From Cladosporium halotolerans (taxonomy: Eukaryota), in contig NW_027191483.1 in assembly GCF_011745625.1 (NCBI RefSeq), positions 1 through 64,000 of the forward strand: 64,000 nucleotides of DNA, read 5' to 3'. The first letter of the stretch is position 1. Every line of letters begins with the position of its first letter. The position numbers were made by a program, and so were the translations under genes. The notes under the pieces were generated by a model. That model searched no databases, was not told the DNA's origin, and worked only from the letters and a program-made list of their open reading frames with translations. Shown in pieces: positions 34,437 through 46,961 of the stretch.

Positions 34437-35837
34437 ATGTATCTCTCCCTTCTTGGTCTGTTGACGCTTTGCACGGGTATATTGCCGTTGACTTTTGCGC
34501 AAAATTATTCAACTACCTTCACGAACCCGGTCCTTAACTCAGTCGGAGCCGATCCTTTCATTGTCAAAGATGGCGGATTCTACTACCTTACCTACACTAC
34601 CGCTACTAACATTACGATTCTGAAGAGCACGAGCTTGACAGATTGGGACAATGCTGAAGTCAAGCTTGCCATTCGACCCTCCGGTGTGTCTTGAATCAAA
34701 ATTGGATCGCATTGATCGTCGACTGATAAGAGCGACAGCGCAGCCAGCCATACTCTACGGACTTGTGGTATGTCCTTGCATCGACGTGATGGACTGAGAC
34801 TTTTCCGAGCTAATGATCATTGAACAGGGCCCCAGAACTCCACAAGATCGATGATAAATGGTACATCATTTTCACCGGCGACCCAAACAATGGTACGCAA
34901 TATTTGCCAGCGCACATCCATCGAGTGACGGAAGCTGACAGCAAATCAGACACGCCGCCACCTGAGATCGATGCCTTCTGCCCTTTCAACTGCCCAGCTG
35001 TGTATCACCGCATGTTCGTCCTGGAGGGAAGCACTAGCGATCCCTGGACCAGCAACTACACCATGAAAGCAGAGCTCGACACGTATGATCAGTTTGCGAT
35101 TGACGGAACATACTTCCGCCACAGCACTGGGCTCTACCACGTTTATTCCTGCTGGTTCGTAACGACTTTGGTCATTTTACCATTTTCATCGCTGACTTAT
35201 CCTTCCCAGGTACCACGCCTTCTCCTCTTGGCCAGCCAACCTGTGCATCACCAAGATGAGCGACCCCTGGACCGTGTCCTCCAACCTGACCGACAGACAA
35301 ATCGTAAGCAGCACCTGACTCAACCCACAACCACACAACACTAACACCAGTCCGTAGATCTCCGCCCCTGAAAACGCCTGGGAACAAACTCCCTACGGCC
35401 GGCGCGAGAACTACCGCCTCGCCTCCAACGAAGGCCCGCAACAGCTCACCAACCCGCACACCGGCCAAGAATTCATCATCTACAGCGCCGCCCGCAGCGA
35501 CAACAGGAACTACTGCCTCGGCCAACTCGAGCTCGTCGGCTCGGACCCGATGAACGCGCAGGACTGGAAGAAGCACAACGACGGCTGCGTCTTCTACCAG
35601 AACGCGCAGGAGGAGGCGTACGGCGTCGGCCACGCGAGCTTCACGACCAGCCCGGACGGCAGCGAGGACTGGATCGTCTACCACGGCATGAGGAATTACA
35701 TGAGCGGGTGGGGCGCGCGGACGGTGCGCGCGCAGAAGTTCACGTGGAATGAGGACGGGTCGCCGAATTTCCCGCGTCCCGGGTATGGGCCGTACGAGGT
35801 GCCGAGTGGGCAGAATGCGAGCATGAAGATGTTTTGA
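34437..35837 (+). CDS. Secreted glycoside hydrolase family 43 (alpha-L-arabinofuranosidase-like), 6 exons, possible +1 frameshift near 34670
   Basis: Signal peptide; NPVL...GADP (catalytic base), WAPELH, FAIDGT (pKa-modulating Asp), NEGP (catalytic acid), YGVGHASFTTSPDGSEDWIVYH. Introns approx. 34684-34738, 34768-34827, 34893-34949, 35155-35209, 35304-35357. Confidence 0.9.
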
Positions 35838-36287
35838 GGAATTGGGTGAGGGAGGCTTTTTGATTCCGTGATAAGGGGCGCGGCGAAAGCGCGGAGACTT
35901 TGGTGTCTTCTAGCAACAAAAGCAGAGTATTTATCCATTCAATGATTCAGCATTCAGAAGGACAATTGGTCCACGTGCCGTCGAAGATCGAATGCCATCG
36001 TGCACCAAGCCAAGACACAGACAGGCCCACGTAGCCAGATGTTCGAAAAGGGTATCATGATAGAACATATTTGAGCTGCCCTAACTTTACTCACTAGGGA
36101 CTGCCGAGACGAACTTCAAGGGAAATCTGGCCAAAGGGGCCACAGGTGACATGCCTGCCAGGACGTATGAGCCACGCAAACGCCAAAACATACCAACCTG
36201 CCATGCACCGCCGCTCTGAGAATATGTGTAGGGAATCGTAAAAGCGTACTTGGTCTGTGATCACGTCCGGGAAGATCCCGGCTGACC

Positions 36288-38085
36288 CTAGCTCAGAGTT
36301 GTGTTGAACTGCCAGTTCTCTGTATATAATTCAGTAATTGTTCCGGTGAGCTTAGAAAGATGAAAGACTTACCCTCTTTGAGGTTCTTTGCAGTATCGTC
36401 GAGCAAAATGATATGGCGCTGGTTGCAGTAGGCGGTCTTGTCCATCATTTGAACCTTGAGGCCAGCCAGCTGGTCCGGTTGCTTCTCGAACATCTGTCCA
36501 CAAAGTCAGCATTGGGTACTTGCAGTCCGATTGCTACCGAGGCTGAAAGGTAAACATACCTCACTCAAGTTCTCGACAGCCATCTCCAGATCTTTCTGGT
36601 TGTCCTCAAAGATCTCTGTTTGGTTGTTGCGGGCGAGGTAGTAGGCAAAGGCGTAGGTCCACTTCAGCGTCTGGCGACATTGCTGCAGTGCTTTGCTCGC
36701 GCTTTCAAGGAATTGCACTTCAATCCAAGACATGTTTGAGGAGCTCTGCAGCAGGGTCATTTTTTTCTCCGTCTTATGGAAAATGTCCTTATCCAGCTTG
36801 GCACTCTGCTCGTGGTTGGCGTATCGGTTGTAGTAGTGCAAGTACCGCTCCAAGGACTGCCTAGATTTGGCCTGCGAGTCGCGAGCTTCGGTTCCTGACT
36901 TCTCTTCGTAGCGGTTACAGTTGTACCACGAAGTGCCGTGCTCAGACCATAGGCCCATACACTAAGGCTCAGATGTCAGCTAGGTTCACTACTTGAAGTG
37001 TGTTAGCGGACTTACCATCCAACAGAACTCGTTCCTGCACTTGCGGCACGTCATGTGGTTACAGCCACCATTCTTCTCAATTGTCGAACCGCACTTCGGG
37101 CACTCTTTTGTGTTCGCCGAAATCCAGTTGGCAGTCTCCGAATCATCCTCACACTTCTTGAGCCACTTCTTGACCAAGCTGCAGGGACACGGCTGGTGAT
37201 CGGCCAGAGTACAGCCGAAGCAAAAGCCGTGTTTAGCGTCGCAAGTCACAGTCGGGACGATGCGATTGAGGTCGCGCTTCTTGACACCGCACTCCACAGC
37301 GTACACGCAGTTCGGCGCAGGACACCACTTAAGACTTTCCTTGTCGTCCACGTAGGTCCGCATGAGGAGTTCATGGTAACGGTCGGTCAAGTCGGGGGTG
37401 ACCATGAGATCGAGCGACTTGGAATCCACGATGGAGTTGCAGCCATCGCCCGGGCACTTTATTCGCGCCGCTTCGCCCTCTTCTTTGATCTTTTGTGCCA
37501 GGTATTGTCGGTAGCAGTCTGTACAAAACCTATGCTCGCATTTCATCGCGAACGTCTCGAGCCCCGGGCCATCCTCGCAGCAGATGTCACACATGAAGTC
37601 GTCCTTGATTTCTATGCGGGGAGGGCTGGTTGTCATGTCCTGTCCAAGGCCTGCTTTACTCAACACTTCCTCCTGGTTGTCCATATACTGCTCAATCAAG
37701 CGTTCCTTGTTCCATCTGAAGTACCGCAGCAATATGGCAGTCGACTCTTTCGGCTGTTCAAGCAACCCCGCCACCTCATCCACCTGCTTATCCTGCTGAT
37801 CCTGGATGTCCTGCGGGCTGTACACCGAAAAGTCGACCTCGAAATGCTTCTTCTTAGCCTTCAGGTCTTTCTCCTGTGTCTCAAACGCCGCATCGTCGCC
37901 GAAATCGTCGTCGATCTGAACATCAGAGTCGTCTGGGCCCGTGTTAGTCAGCCTGCTACCCCGCCACACGACACCCTTTCTCTGCCCCCAAGCAAGAACT
38001 CACCTCCTCCAAAACTGCTCCCGCCATCTTCGACGAAGCCGTCGCTACTAGCGACGCTGTTGAAGTCTTCGATGTCCGAGTCCAT
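36288..38085 (-). CDS. Ariadne-family RBR E3 ubiquitin ligase (Hel1/ARIH1-like; exons 38085-38004, 37932-37016, 36961-36560, 36493-36373, 36319-36288)
   Basis: Acidic N-terminus, UBA-like (LLRYFRWNKERLIEQY), RING1 (CDICC...CEHRFCTDC), IBR (KWCPAPNC), RING2 (TKECPKC..TIEKNGGCNHMTC..C.NEFCWMC), Ariadne domain (LERYLHYYNRYANHEQS). Four canonical introns. Confidence 0.95.
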
Positions 38086-38665
38086 CTTGCCCTCGGTGCT
38101 GAGAGGCGTGGCCGGCAGGGCGGCTGCCTCGACCTGGTGGAGAGTCTTGCTGGCTTTGCGCTTGGGCTGACCGTCAGCCACCGGTGTAGTAGAGGATGCG
38201 GCGGACTGGGAATCCGCGGGCTCGCTGTGTTTGCGCTTCGGTGCGGCGCGTGGAGGCGTGGTGGGCGTGGGCGGCCTCCGCCTGCTGTGACGAAGGCGAC
38301 AAGGGCTTGGGGGATCGGCGGTGGAGGATGCAGGCTTGGTGAGCAAGCCGTTTGGGACTGTCGGGAGTAGTTGGTCGTAGTAAGCAAGAATGGCGGTGTC
38401 CGAATCGTGGAGAGAGTCTTGTGATCGGTTCGGTCAGAAGTGCAAGGCTGGTCAGGGCCCTCGGGCGTCGCTGGCTGATGATGCAGGCCGCAGCATCATC
38501 GGCCGGGGTGGAGAGCGACGCCGGATCGGGTAAGACGGGCCCGTGCGCTCTGTTTTCACTTGCATGTGCCCAACTTTATCAAGCATGCGTAAGAACGAGA
38601 TGAAACACTTGATTGGGTTTGGAAAATTGTCGTGGGAGCGACATATGTTCTATTTAGTAATTCAA

Positions 38666-40933
38666 CTACTCATCATCGTCGTCGTTACTGTCGTCCTCTT
38701 CTTCGCTGCTTTCCTCTTCGCTATCGCCGCCCATGATCTCTTCCGTCTCCCGCTTGACCTCCACCAGCTCCGGGTTCGCTCCACTTCTCTCGTCTTCCAA
38801 CCACTGTTCAAGCGCCTCGCTTTCAAACAGTTCCAGGCTGACCAGCGCATTGCAAACGTACAGAAGCACTTTACCGCCCTGCGGTCTGTGAACTAGATCT
38901 GCCTGGACGTAGAGCAGGAATTCGACGGACTCGGGGTTGTCCTCCTGATCTCTGTCCAGCACGGCACGCTCCACCAGAAGGCGATTAGGTCCAATGGTCT
39001 GAGAGACGGCCTTCTGTGGCGTGGCGCCAGACTCCACGAGTGAGGCGATGCGTTTCATGAGTGCCACACCGACCGCACGCCTCACTTGCTTGCCATCAGC
39101 GTTGCTGCTGAGAGTAAGGGCCTTGAGCTCCAGCTGGATACTATCCGGGCTATCGCCACGTTGTAGAGAGTCGAATATGCTGCCAGCGGCTTCGTGATGG
39201 AAATCTGCGGCGCTGCGGCGTGCTTCGGCTTCACCTGCGCTCTCTTCTGAGTTGATCGAGCCGAAGCTCTCAGTGCGGTGCGAACGGGGCTGAGAGTCGG
39301 TCTCAAAGTCAGAGTCGTCCTCGTCTTCCGAGTTGAGGGTAGAGATAGAGGCAGCATCGTCGTCGTCGCGGAGCTTGAGCTGAGGGATGAGCGTTTCGAA
39401 ATCCTCCTCGTCGTCTGAGTCAGGCTCTTGGTTGAAGCCCTCGCCCCCCTTGCCGACAACCTTCGGATCCGCTGCACCCCTGACCAGCTCGTCATGCTCG
39501 TAGCCGCGCTTGCGCTTGAAGCGCGTGATTCTTCCAGTCCCTTGTACCGTAGTGTCATTCGCGATGACGGTGCCGAAAGATACAAGGGCACCCGGAGACA
39601 CCTTGCAGTTCTTCCCAATAGATGCCTCGTTCGCCACAACCGCCCGCTCTATCACTGTGTCGTCGCCAATTCGAGCATCGTCCCAGATGTATGCGCCGTC
39701 GATCTTCACCCTTCTACCAATCACACATCGCCTTCCAATAACGCTGTTGGTCACCACGCTGCCGTCTCCAATGCTAGTCGCTTTGCCCAAAACCGTCTTC
39801 TTTTTAACGACAGCACTCCTCGCCAGAACGACACCTTCTTCGCGATACACTCCACTTTTGCCAACAGCATAGCTTTGCTGCCTGAGGAGGTTCGCGTCCG
39901 GGCTCAGCGGGTAAGACCACCTGCCGACAACATCTTTGCTCACTGCATCGTACATCTGTAAGCTCTTAACTCGCGCCGCGTAGCCCTCCGTCGCCACATG
40001 CGTGTGGATCGTCATGCCGTTCAGCTCGTGATCCTTCAGCGTGCCGTACAAGAAACCTCTGCGAGGCTGCTGCCAGTCGAAATTGTCGCTCCATTGGCTC
40101 AGCACTTCCGGAGAGCAGATATCAATACCACAGTCGATCAGATCCGCCCGGACCTCGAGCTCAGGGCAATCAGCCAGGATCTCGCCGTCAATGTTGAGCC
40201 TGGGGTGCGTCTGCCCAGGACGCATCTGCTCGTAATGCAGACACCTGTCTTTAGTCGGATCCACAACAAACACCGGACGGGTACCGTGCGCTTTCGTGCG
40301 GTGCTGGTCGCCCGCCTCGCGCAAGACCATTGTCATGATGGCGTTCTTGCTTTTCTCCCTGCGCTGCTTGTGCGCGCGGATCGCGTTCTCGATGCCCACG
40401 CTCGCGACGACATCGCCGTAGACGCAGACGAAATCGCCCGTCAGCATGCCCTTCTGGTCCATGTCGCGCATGGCGTCGCCGATGGAGTTGGAGGCGGAGG
40501 AGCGCACAATCTCGACGCTGAAAGGTGACGTGTCGCGTGTCCATTTGCTGGAGGCGACGTATTCCTCGACTTGCTCAGTGTGGTTGCCGGAGCAGATAAA
40601 CACCTCCTCGACGCCGGCATTGGCTAGGAATTCGAGCGTATACTCGATGAGAGGCGTGTTGGCGAGCGGCAGCAGGCATCGTGGCTTTTCTAGCGTGAAA
40701 GGCTCGAACTTGGGCTCGAAGGAATCGGCTAGAACCTTTATAGGGAAGCGTGTTAGATCGGATGCATGTTGGGAGGCGTGGCTATATTGTTATGACGCAT
40801 GACTCGATACTTTTTTTGCGCCTGGACGGAGGAAATGACATACAAGTGCCTGAAGAGGATCAGGGCGCTCTTCTTCACCAGAATTCTTGCCCTTGTCGGC
40901 GCCACCGCCCTTCTTGCCGGATTTGGGGGGCAT
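38666..40933 (-). CDS. GCD6: Translation initiation factor eIF2B epsilon subunit (exons 40933-40844, 40735-38666)
   Basis: [41 protein letters not shown]; NFD motif; left-handed beta-helix hexapeptide repeats; C-terminal HEAT/W2 domain (IQLELKAL) and acidic tail. Intron GTATGT(40843)...CTAAC...AAAG(40736). Confidence 0.95.
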
Positions 40934-41974
40934 CTTCGTGTATAAGTGGCGTGTGGTGTTGTTTGCCCGTACGGCTTTGGAGGGGAGATTTTGAGGGTGG
41001 CGGCGTGTGAGTCGAGCCCCCCGCGCTGATTGGGACGAGTCATGTGATTTCACTCCCACTCGCAAGTGCAGACACAGAGGCCGATACCTTTGTCGCTTGA
41101 TTCACTATATTGCCAATCTCGAAAGGCTCCATCGTCGCTTTATGTGACGATCAAGTCACTATTCTGGCGATGATATCGTAGTGTTGGCGGCCGCGACAAA
41201 AGCCCTTGTTGTGCGTGACTTGTCAAGCTGCATGCATGGCTCGCGAAAACGGGACGACCGTGCCTTACATATACTGATGAAATACGGGTACGGTCATGCA
41301 GTTACGGAGCGATCATGTCTCCTCTGCATGGCTGGTAAGGATATCATCGTGGCCGGATACGGACGCGAACACGACAACCTGGTGACCTTAGCGGGCGCCG
41401 AACCATGGATCTTTGCCGATGGAATCTGTCATCTCCGAGCTCATGCATGCATCGGGTTGACAGCCACCACCGTGACACGACACATGGTACGCCGATGCTG
41501 CGGGGCATCAGGTATTTTCGCGTTGCCCGCTATGCACAGCAACCAACTCGGAGTGTCTCGAGCGTCTGGGCCAGGCACCCAACACGCTCGCCTAAAAGAA
41601 CAATTTCCCCAGCCTGGACGATAATTCGCCTCTGCCTCTGCGGGGGAGTTGCATAGCCGGGGACGCCGCCCTACACAGGCGAGCCGATGGCGGCAGAAGA
41701 CCCCCCCTGCCGACCTCGTTCCTCCAATGGCCAACCAGACCCTGTGAGCCTGAAGGCTGCCAGTTAATATCGACTGCTGGCCTCGGGGCCCCGGTGGCAC
41801 ACCTCTCCCAAATCTACCATCTTCCGTGGCGGCCAGGCGCATGGACTGATCTAAGGGCCAAAGCCGTGGTGGGCGCCGCATCCTGCCTTAAGAGAACGCA
41901 ATAGTCCTTCCGGCGAGGCTCTAGTCGTTCGAGACTTACCTCGTTATTGCTACAGCCCCCACTTGGACTCGATT

Positions 41975-43981
41975 ATGGATCCCATGTCCGCTGACGAGGA
42001 CTCTCGCAACGGGCTGTCAGACTCCGCATCTGCTGTCAACGCCGTGCGACCCGGCGTGAAGAGGTCGCGTTCCTCCTACGACAGGCCTCTCAACCGTGCC
42101 GACACGATGGAAGACATTGTAGCGAGCGAGTTGAAGTCAGCTGATGCTGCTGACGGCAAAGTCGCCAGATTCCCAGCCGACCCGCTGGACTACCCTCGTC
42201 GCAGAGCCACGATCGCCTGCGAGGTCTGTCGAAGTCGAAAGTCCAGATGTGACGGTGCTCGTCCGAAATGCAGACTTTGTACAGAGCTGCAAGCCGAATG
42301 TGTCTACCGTGAGCCAGGCGTCAAGCTGGATGCTGGGGACAAGATGATTCTAGAGCGACTGGCTCACATCGAGGGTCTTCTGAAGGCGGGTATGCAGTCC
42401 GGTATGCACGGCTCTTCAATGAGCTTGAATGCGCCGAGTGGCCCCATATCTCCGGCAACTAGTAACCCGGCATCAGAGGAAATGACAGGAAAACGCATGA
42501 GCACCACAAGCGCGCCGGCCGCGATACCGCAGGTCAACGGTCTGGGTTCCTGGCAGGCCAACATCTCTACAATGCCCAAAACACACACAACACCAGCCTT
42601 AAACCTCTTGCAATGGCCGATCATTCGAGAGCTGGTGTCGCTGCCATGCGATCCACAAACGCTCCTACAGCTGGAAATGGCTCGTCCTCCCTTGGAGATG
42701 GGGAGGTACTCCTTGGACTTCTCTGCGGCTCATGCGTACGCGCAAGCTTTCTTCCAAAGAGTCAACGTCTGGTATGCTTGCGTGGATCCTGCTACATGGC
42801 ACGTTCACTACCACAGCGCTATGGCTTCGGGCTGCCGGTCCCTTCCCGACAGCTGCATGGTTCTGTTGGTACTCGCTCTAGGCCAAGCAGCGCATTCTGG
42901 TTTGAGCATTTCCCGCGTCCCGGGAGACCAGCTACCGCCTGGTCTGCCATACTTTGCAGCGGCCTGGAATCTCCTCCCGAGTCTGCTGACTCGAAATGAT
43001 ATTCTTAGCACGCAGTGTCACATATTGGCAGCAGCATATCTGCTCTATCTGGTACGACCCCTGGAAGCGTGGAATCTTCTTCACAACACCAGCATGAAGA
43101 TCCAGCTCCTACTGTCTTCTCAACAATCGATTCCACCTCAGCTTCGCGAGCTCAGCGAGCGCCTCTACTGGAACACGCTAATGATCGAATCTGACCTCTT
43201 GGCCGAGATGGACCTACCGCACTCCGGCATCGTACAATTCGAAGAAAGCATGCGACTTCCCCGGCCATTCCCCTACGACGCTTCAAACGTCACCCCAGAA
43301 GAGCCCCCCGGTTCAGACGAGCTGTGGTACTTCCTCGCCGAAATCGCCCTCCGCCGCCTCCTAAACCGCGTCTCCCACCTCATCTACACAACCGAGCGCA
43401 GTACCCGCGGCGCGAACGGCCTCACCTCCTCCCTCGATCCCGTCACCACCGAGCTCGACTACCAACTAACCCAATGGTACGAAAGCCTGCCCGCGCCCGT
43501 CAAATTCCCTCGCGAGCGCCTCCCCGCCCGCAACCAAGTCCAAACGGTCCTCCGCCTGCGCTACTTCGCCTGCCGCACAATCATCTACCGCCCCTACATC
43601 CTCGCGGTCCTCGCCGACGAGTCCTGCGCGCAAGAGCCCGGTGTGCAAGACGCTTGCCGCAAGTGCCTGGAGGCCTGCATCCGGCAGCTGGAGTACATCA
43701 CGGCGCACCACGACGGGCACATCCCGTACCTGTGGCAGGGGGCGCTGAGCATCGTGTCGCAGGCGCTGCTGATCATGGGCGCGACGCTGAGCGGCTCGCT
43801 GGCCGCCCTGCTGCCGCCGGCGCACCAGATGAACGTCATCGTCGCCGAGGTCGTCGCGGAAGTCGAGCGCATGGCGCACCTTGCGCCCAGTATCCGGCTG
43901 TGCGCGGAGCTCATGCGCGAGGCGGAGGACAGGCGGCAGGCGCTGCTTGCGACGCAGCCGGCGCAGCCGCTGAGGGGCTGA
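41975..43981 (+). CDS. Zn2Cys6 transcription factor
   Basis: RRRATIACEVCRSRKSRCDGARPKCRLCTELQAEC cluster; middle-homology region (RPLEAWNLL, ERLYWNTLMIESDLLAEMDLPHSGI, WYFLAEIALRRLLNRV). Intronless ORF; first ATG at 41975. Confidence 0.93.
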   Translation: MDPMSADEDSRNGLSDSASAVNAVRPGVKRSRSSYDRPLNRADTMEDIVASELKSADAADGKVARFPADPLDYPRRRATIACEVCRSRKSRCDGARPKCRLCTELQAECVYREPGVKLDAGDKMILERLAHIEGLLKAGMQSGMHGSSMSLNAPSGPISPATSNPASEEMTGKRMSTTSAPAAIPQVNGLGSWQANISTMPKTHTTPALNLLQWPIIRELVSLPCDPQTLLQLEMARPPLEMGRYSLDFSAAHAYAQAFFQRVNVWYACVDPATWHVHYHSAMASGCRSLPDSCMVLLVLALGQAAHSGLSISRVPGDQLPPGLPYFAAAWNLLPSLLTRNDILSTQCHILAAAYLLYLVRPLEAWNLLHNTSMKIQLLLSSQQSIPPQLRELSERLYWNTLMIESDLLAEMDLPHSGIVQFEESMRLPRPFPYDASNVTPEEPPGSDELWYFLAEIALRRLLNRVSHLIYTTERSTRGANGLTSSLDPVTTELDYQLTQWYESLPAPVKFPRERLPARNQVQTVLRLRYFACRTIIYRPYILAVLADESCAQEPGVQDACRKCLEACIRQLEYITAHHDGHIPYLWQGALSIVSQALLIMGATLSGSLAALLPPAHQMNVIVAEVVAEVERMAHLAPSIRLCAELMREAEDRRQALLATQPAQPLRG

Positions 43982-44889
43982 TGATGGGAGGTCCGTTTTC
44001 CTGTCGGCTCAGGGCGCGAGCCGGAGGAGCGCGTGGGTGGCGCGATTTTTGGGCCTTCTCGCTCCCTTCTGTTGCATGCCAAGGGAGGCGCTGGGAGGCG
44101 GTAGGCGCGCGAGGCGGTGTTCGACGATGTTCTTCGCCGCTTCTCGCGTGGCGCTGGCGGCGCGTCCGGACTTCGGCCCTCCGTGCCGGCTGTGAACCGA
44201 TGCTGGGAAACCCGAGAGCTATTTTATCCGGGCGATCCTTCCGGAATATCCTCTGCCCTACTCCTCTTCAGCTGCGCGGTTGAGATATTGTGGTTGGACG
44301 CTGTGCAACATCACTACATGCGAGCAGCGAAGAGATGAACGAAAGGGCTTGCTTGGCGACCTGGTATTGGTGCGCTTCGAGGAGTCGCGGCGAACAGACT
44401 GATGATGACGATGTCCTCGACGAAAATCTGCATTGCGCTATGCAGGCGAGGTCACCACCATACGTTGAGATCGGAATAAGTGACCGATCAAGAAAGAGGC
44501 CTTGGGCTTCCAGCACGAATCTCAAGGGGCTGTTGCCCAACTCCCAACGTTATATTTCCAGGAGATCAACCACTCAGGCTCAGGCGGCGGTCGCCTACCG
44601 GCAGATATCAAATCTGTGACCGCTTGAAAAAATGGAGGAAAGGATTTGTATTGCACAGCAGGCGCACAAGTAAAATCAAGAATAAACCAAGGGCGCCCGC
44701 CTGTAATCTTTCAATTGACGAACATTTCTTTGATCGTGCTACGTAATTTACACAAATGTCGCTGCGAAGCGATGACACTCAGCGAAGCCACAGACCCATC
44801 GCTGTATGCGAGTTCCAGTTTCTACACCCTCCATGAGCCTGTCATCTGGATCCTAATCATTCTATTCGTTTCGTTGTCATCACATTTGC

Positions 44890-46820
44890 TCATCTCACAA
44901 ACAGGCTATCGGAGTCCTGGTTGTAAAGCTTGATGATGCCCGCCAACTTGTTCGCTTCGGCGGCGAAATTGAGCGGGTTGGCGTATTGAACCTGATAGCG
45001 GACTCTGTTTCATTCGTCAATAAATCTCCTTTAATAGACCGCGCAGATTGGCGGAAGAATTGAACATACCTCTGCTGATCCTGGAACGTATCCATCTTGG
45101 CCTTGCACCTGAAGACGAAGGTCTTGCAGTTCGCCTCGCTGAAAAGAATCTCCTCCTGCCTCGACTCGCCCTCCTCACGCATCGCCATGAGGTCATTGGC
45201 CGGCACGCCCATGATCGCCAGGCCGACTTCGTTGAAGCACGACAGCCACAACTGGCCGGTGTGGTCGCCGACGTTGACGGACATGATGTAGCGGTAGTCC
45301 GGCTTGTCCCACGTCTTGTCGCACTTCTCGCAGCGCCACTCGCCGGGGTTGATTTCGACGACCTTCTTGTTGCAGCTGTCGGTCTGGCAGGCCGGGTACG
45401 CCACGTTGTCCTTCTTGACGTACAGGATGGTGGCTTTGATGTTGAACCAGTCGGTGCTCTCGCCCATGCCCAGGTTCTCTTCCGACACTTGGGCGACAGA
45501 CTTGTACTCATCGCGCTTGCCTCCAGACGTGGCGGAGACGGCACCCATGGTGTTGGCGTGAGACTGGAAATTCTCGGTGCTGCCACCAGCATCGTACCAG
45601 CCCTTGAGCTTGTGCGCCTCGTCGATGTCAGGATCCACAGTCATGCTGCCCGAAGACAGCAGCGAGAGTGAACGGCCGCCGAAGTCAGAGACCTTGACGC
45701 CCTTGAATGCAATCACGCTCTGAGGCTGCGCGTCGAAGTTCTGCGCGCTGTTGCCCCAAATCGTCAAGCGAACATTGAAGCCAGTGTTGTCGATTAAAGT
45801 GAGCTCGCGCTTGTTGTATGGTTTGCTGGTGGTCTTGGAGACAATCTCGCTGACCTCGCCGACCTCCGAAAGAACACCGATGCAGTCGATCGTGGTGTCC
45901 TTTTCAATGGACTGCAGGTCCGCAAGCGTCGTGAAGTTATAACGGACTTGCGGCACGCCAGAGTCATCTTCAGCTTTCTCGATCTGGGTGTCCTTCTCGA
46001 ATGTGAGCTCGTAGTCGTTGTTGACGTTCGAGAACTGCTTCTTCGCAAGCTGGACTCGACAGGGCGCGGAGACATAGTAGGTGTTGCCTTCCACCAGCGT
46101 ATCGTACCACTGGTCAACTGCGTCGTTGAACCCCGTTGCTCTGATCTCGCCCGACTCGTCCAAGAAGTTGACGCTGAAAAGCTTGCCTTCACCGTTCTTG
46201 TTGTGCCACGTCTTGACCTCTCCCTTGTGCGAGCATCTTGCCTTGATTGTCCACTTGTGTGCGTAGGGCGATAGCGCTTCGATGGGGAAAATGTTCGCGT
46301 GGCTTCCGCCGCCGTTTGCTCTCGAGGGCAGACTGCGCTGCGGTTGTTGTTGCTGCTGTGGCCTTTGAGGTTGCTGCTGCTGCTGTCCGTAGAAGTTGTT
46401 CCCACCAATGTTCTCCGGCTGGCCCTGCGGTTTCGTCTCGTCCGCCTGGCCCTCCTGCTTCGGTCCGTCAAGAGCCACGGGCTGACCAAGCTTGTCCGGC
46501 TCGCCATACTCCTCCAGCACTTCCAAGTCAATCACGACCAGGATGAGCCTCTCTTTGACCATGTTCGCCTGAAACTGCTTCAGCTTGCAGACGCTGCCCT
46601 TCTTCAGCTTGCCCTCGGTGACGATCCAGTTGGCCTGCTGCGTGATCATGCTCTGAATGAAGTTGAGCGTGTCATTCCACACGACTCTGTAGCGCTCCTG
46701 GCCGTTCGCGCCCGGCGCCATAGGCTTGATCTGCACGCACTGCACGATGGGCTCGATGACTTCCTCATTCTCCGAGATGCGACGCAGCGCGCCGTGCGTG
46801 AGGGCGCCGTGTGCGTCCAT
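44890..46820 (-). CDS. RFA1: Replication protein A large subunit (exons 46820-45070, 45004-44890)
   Basis: PIEALSPYAHKWTIKAR, GEGKLFSVNFLDESGEIRATGF, FKGVKVSDFGGRSLS, zinc-finger YPAC...CNKKV...WRCEKC. Intron GTATGT(45069)...AACAG(45005). Confidence 0.97.
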
Positions 46821-46961
46821 GATGGTGGCGTCTGGAAGCTCCGATCCGTAGTCTGAGTATGACAAAGAGATATGAAGACCGGGAGGAGGATTGGCGGTGG
46901 TGCTGGTGGTTGCGTTGCTGACGGTGGCGGTGTTTGGAGAGTTTTGGAAGTTCGCGGGGCA

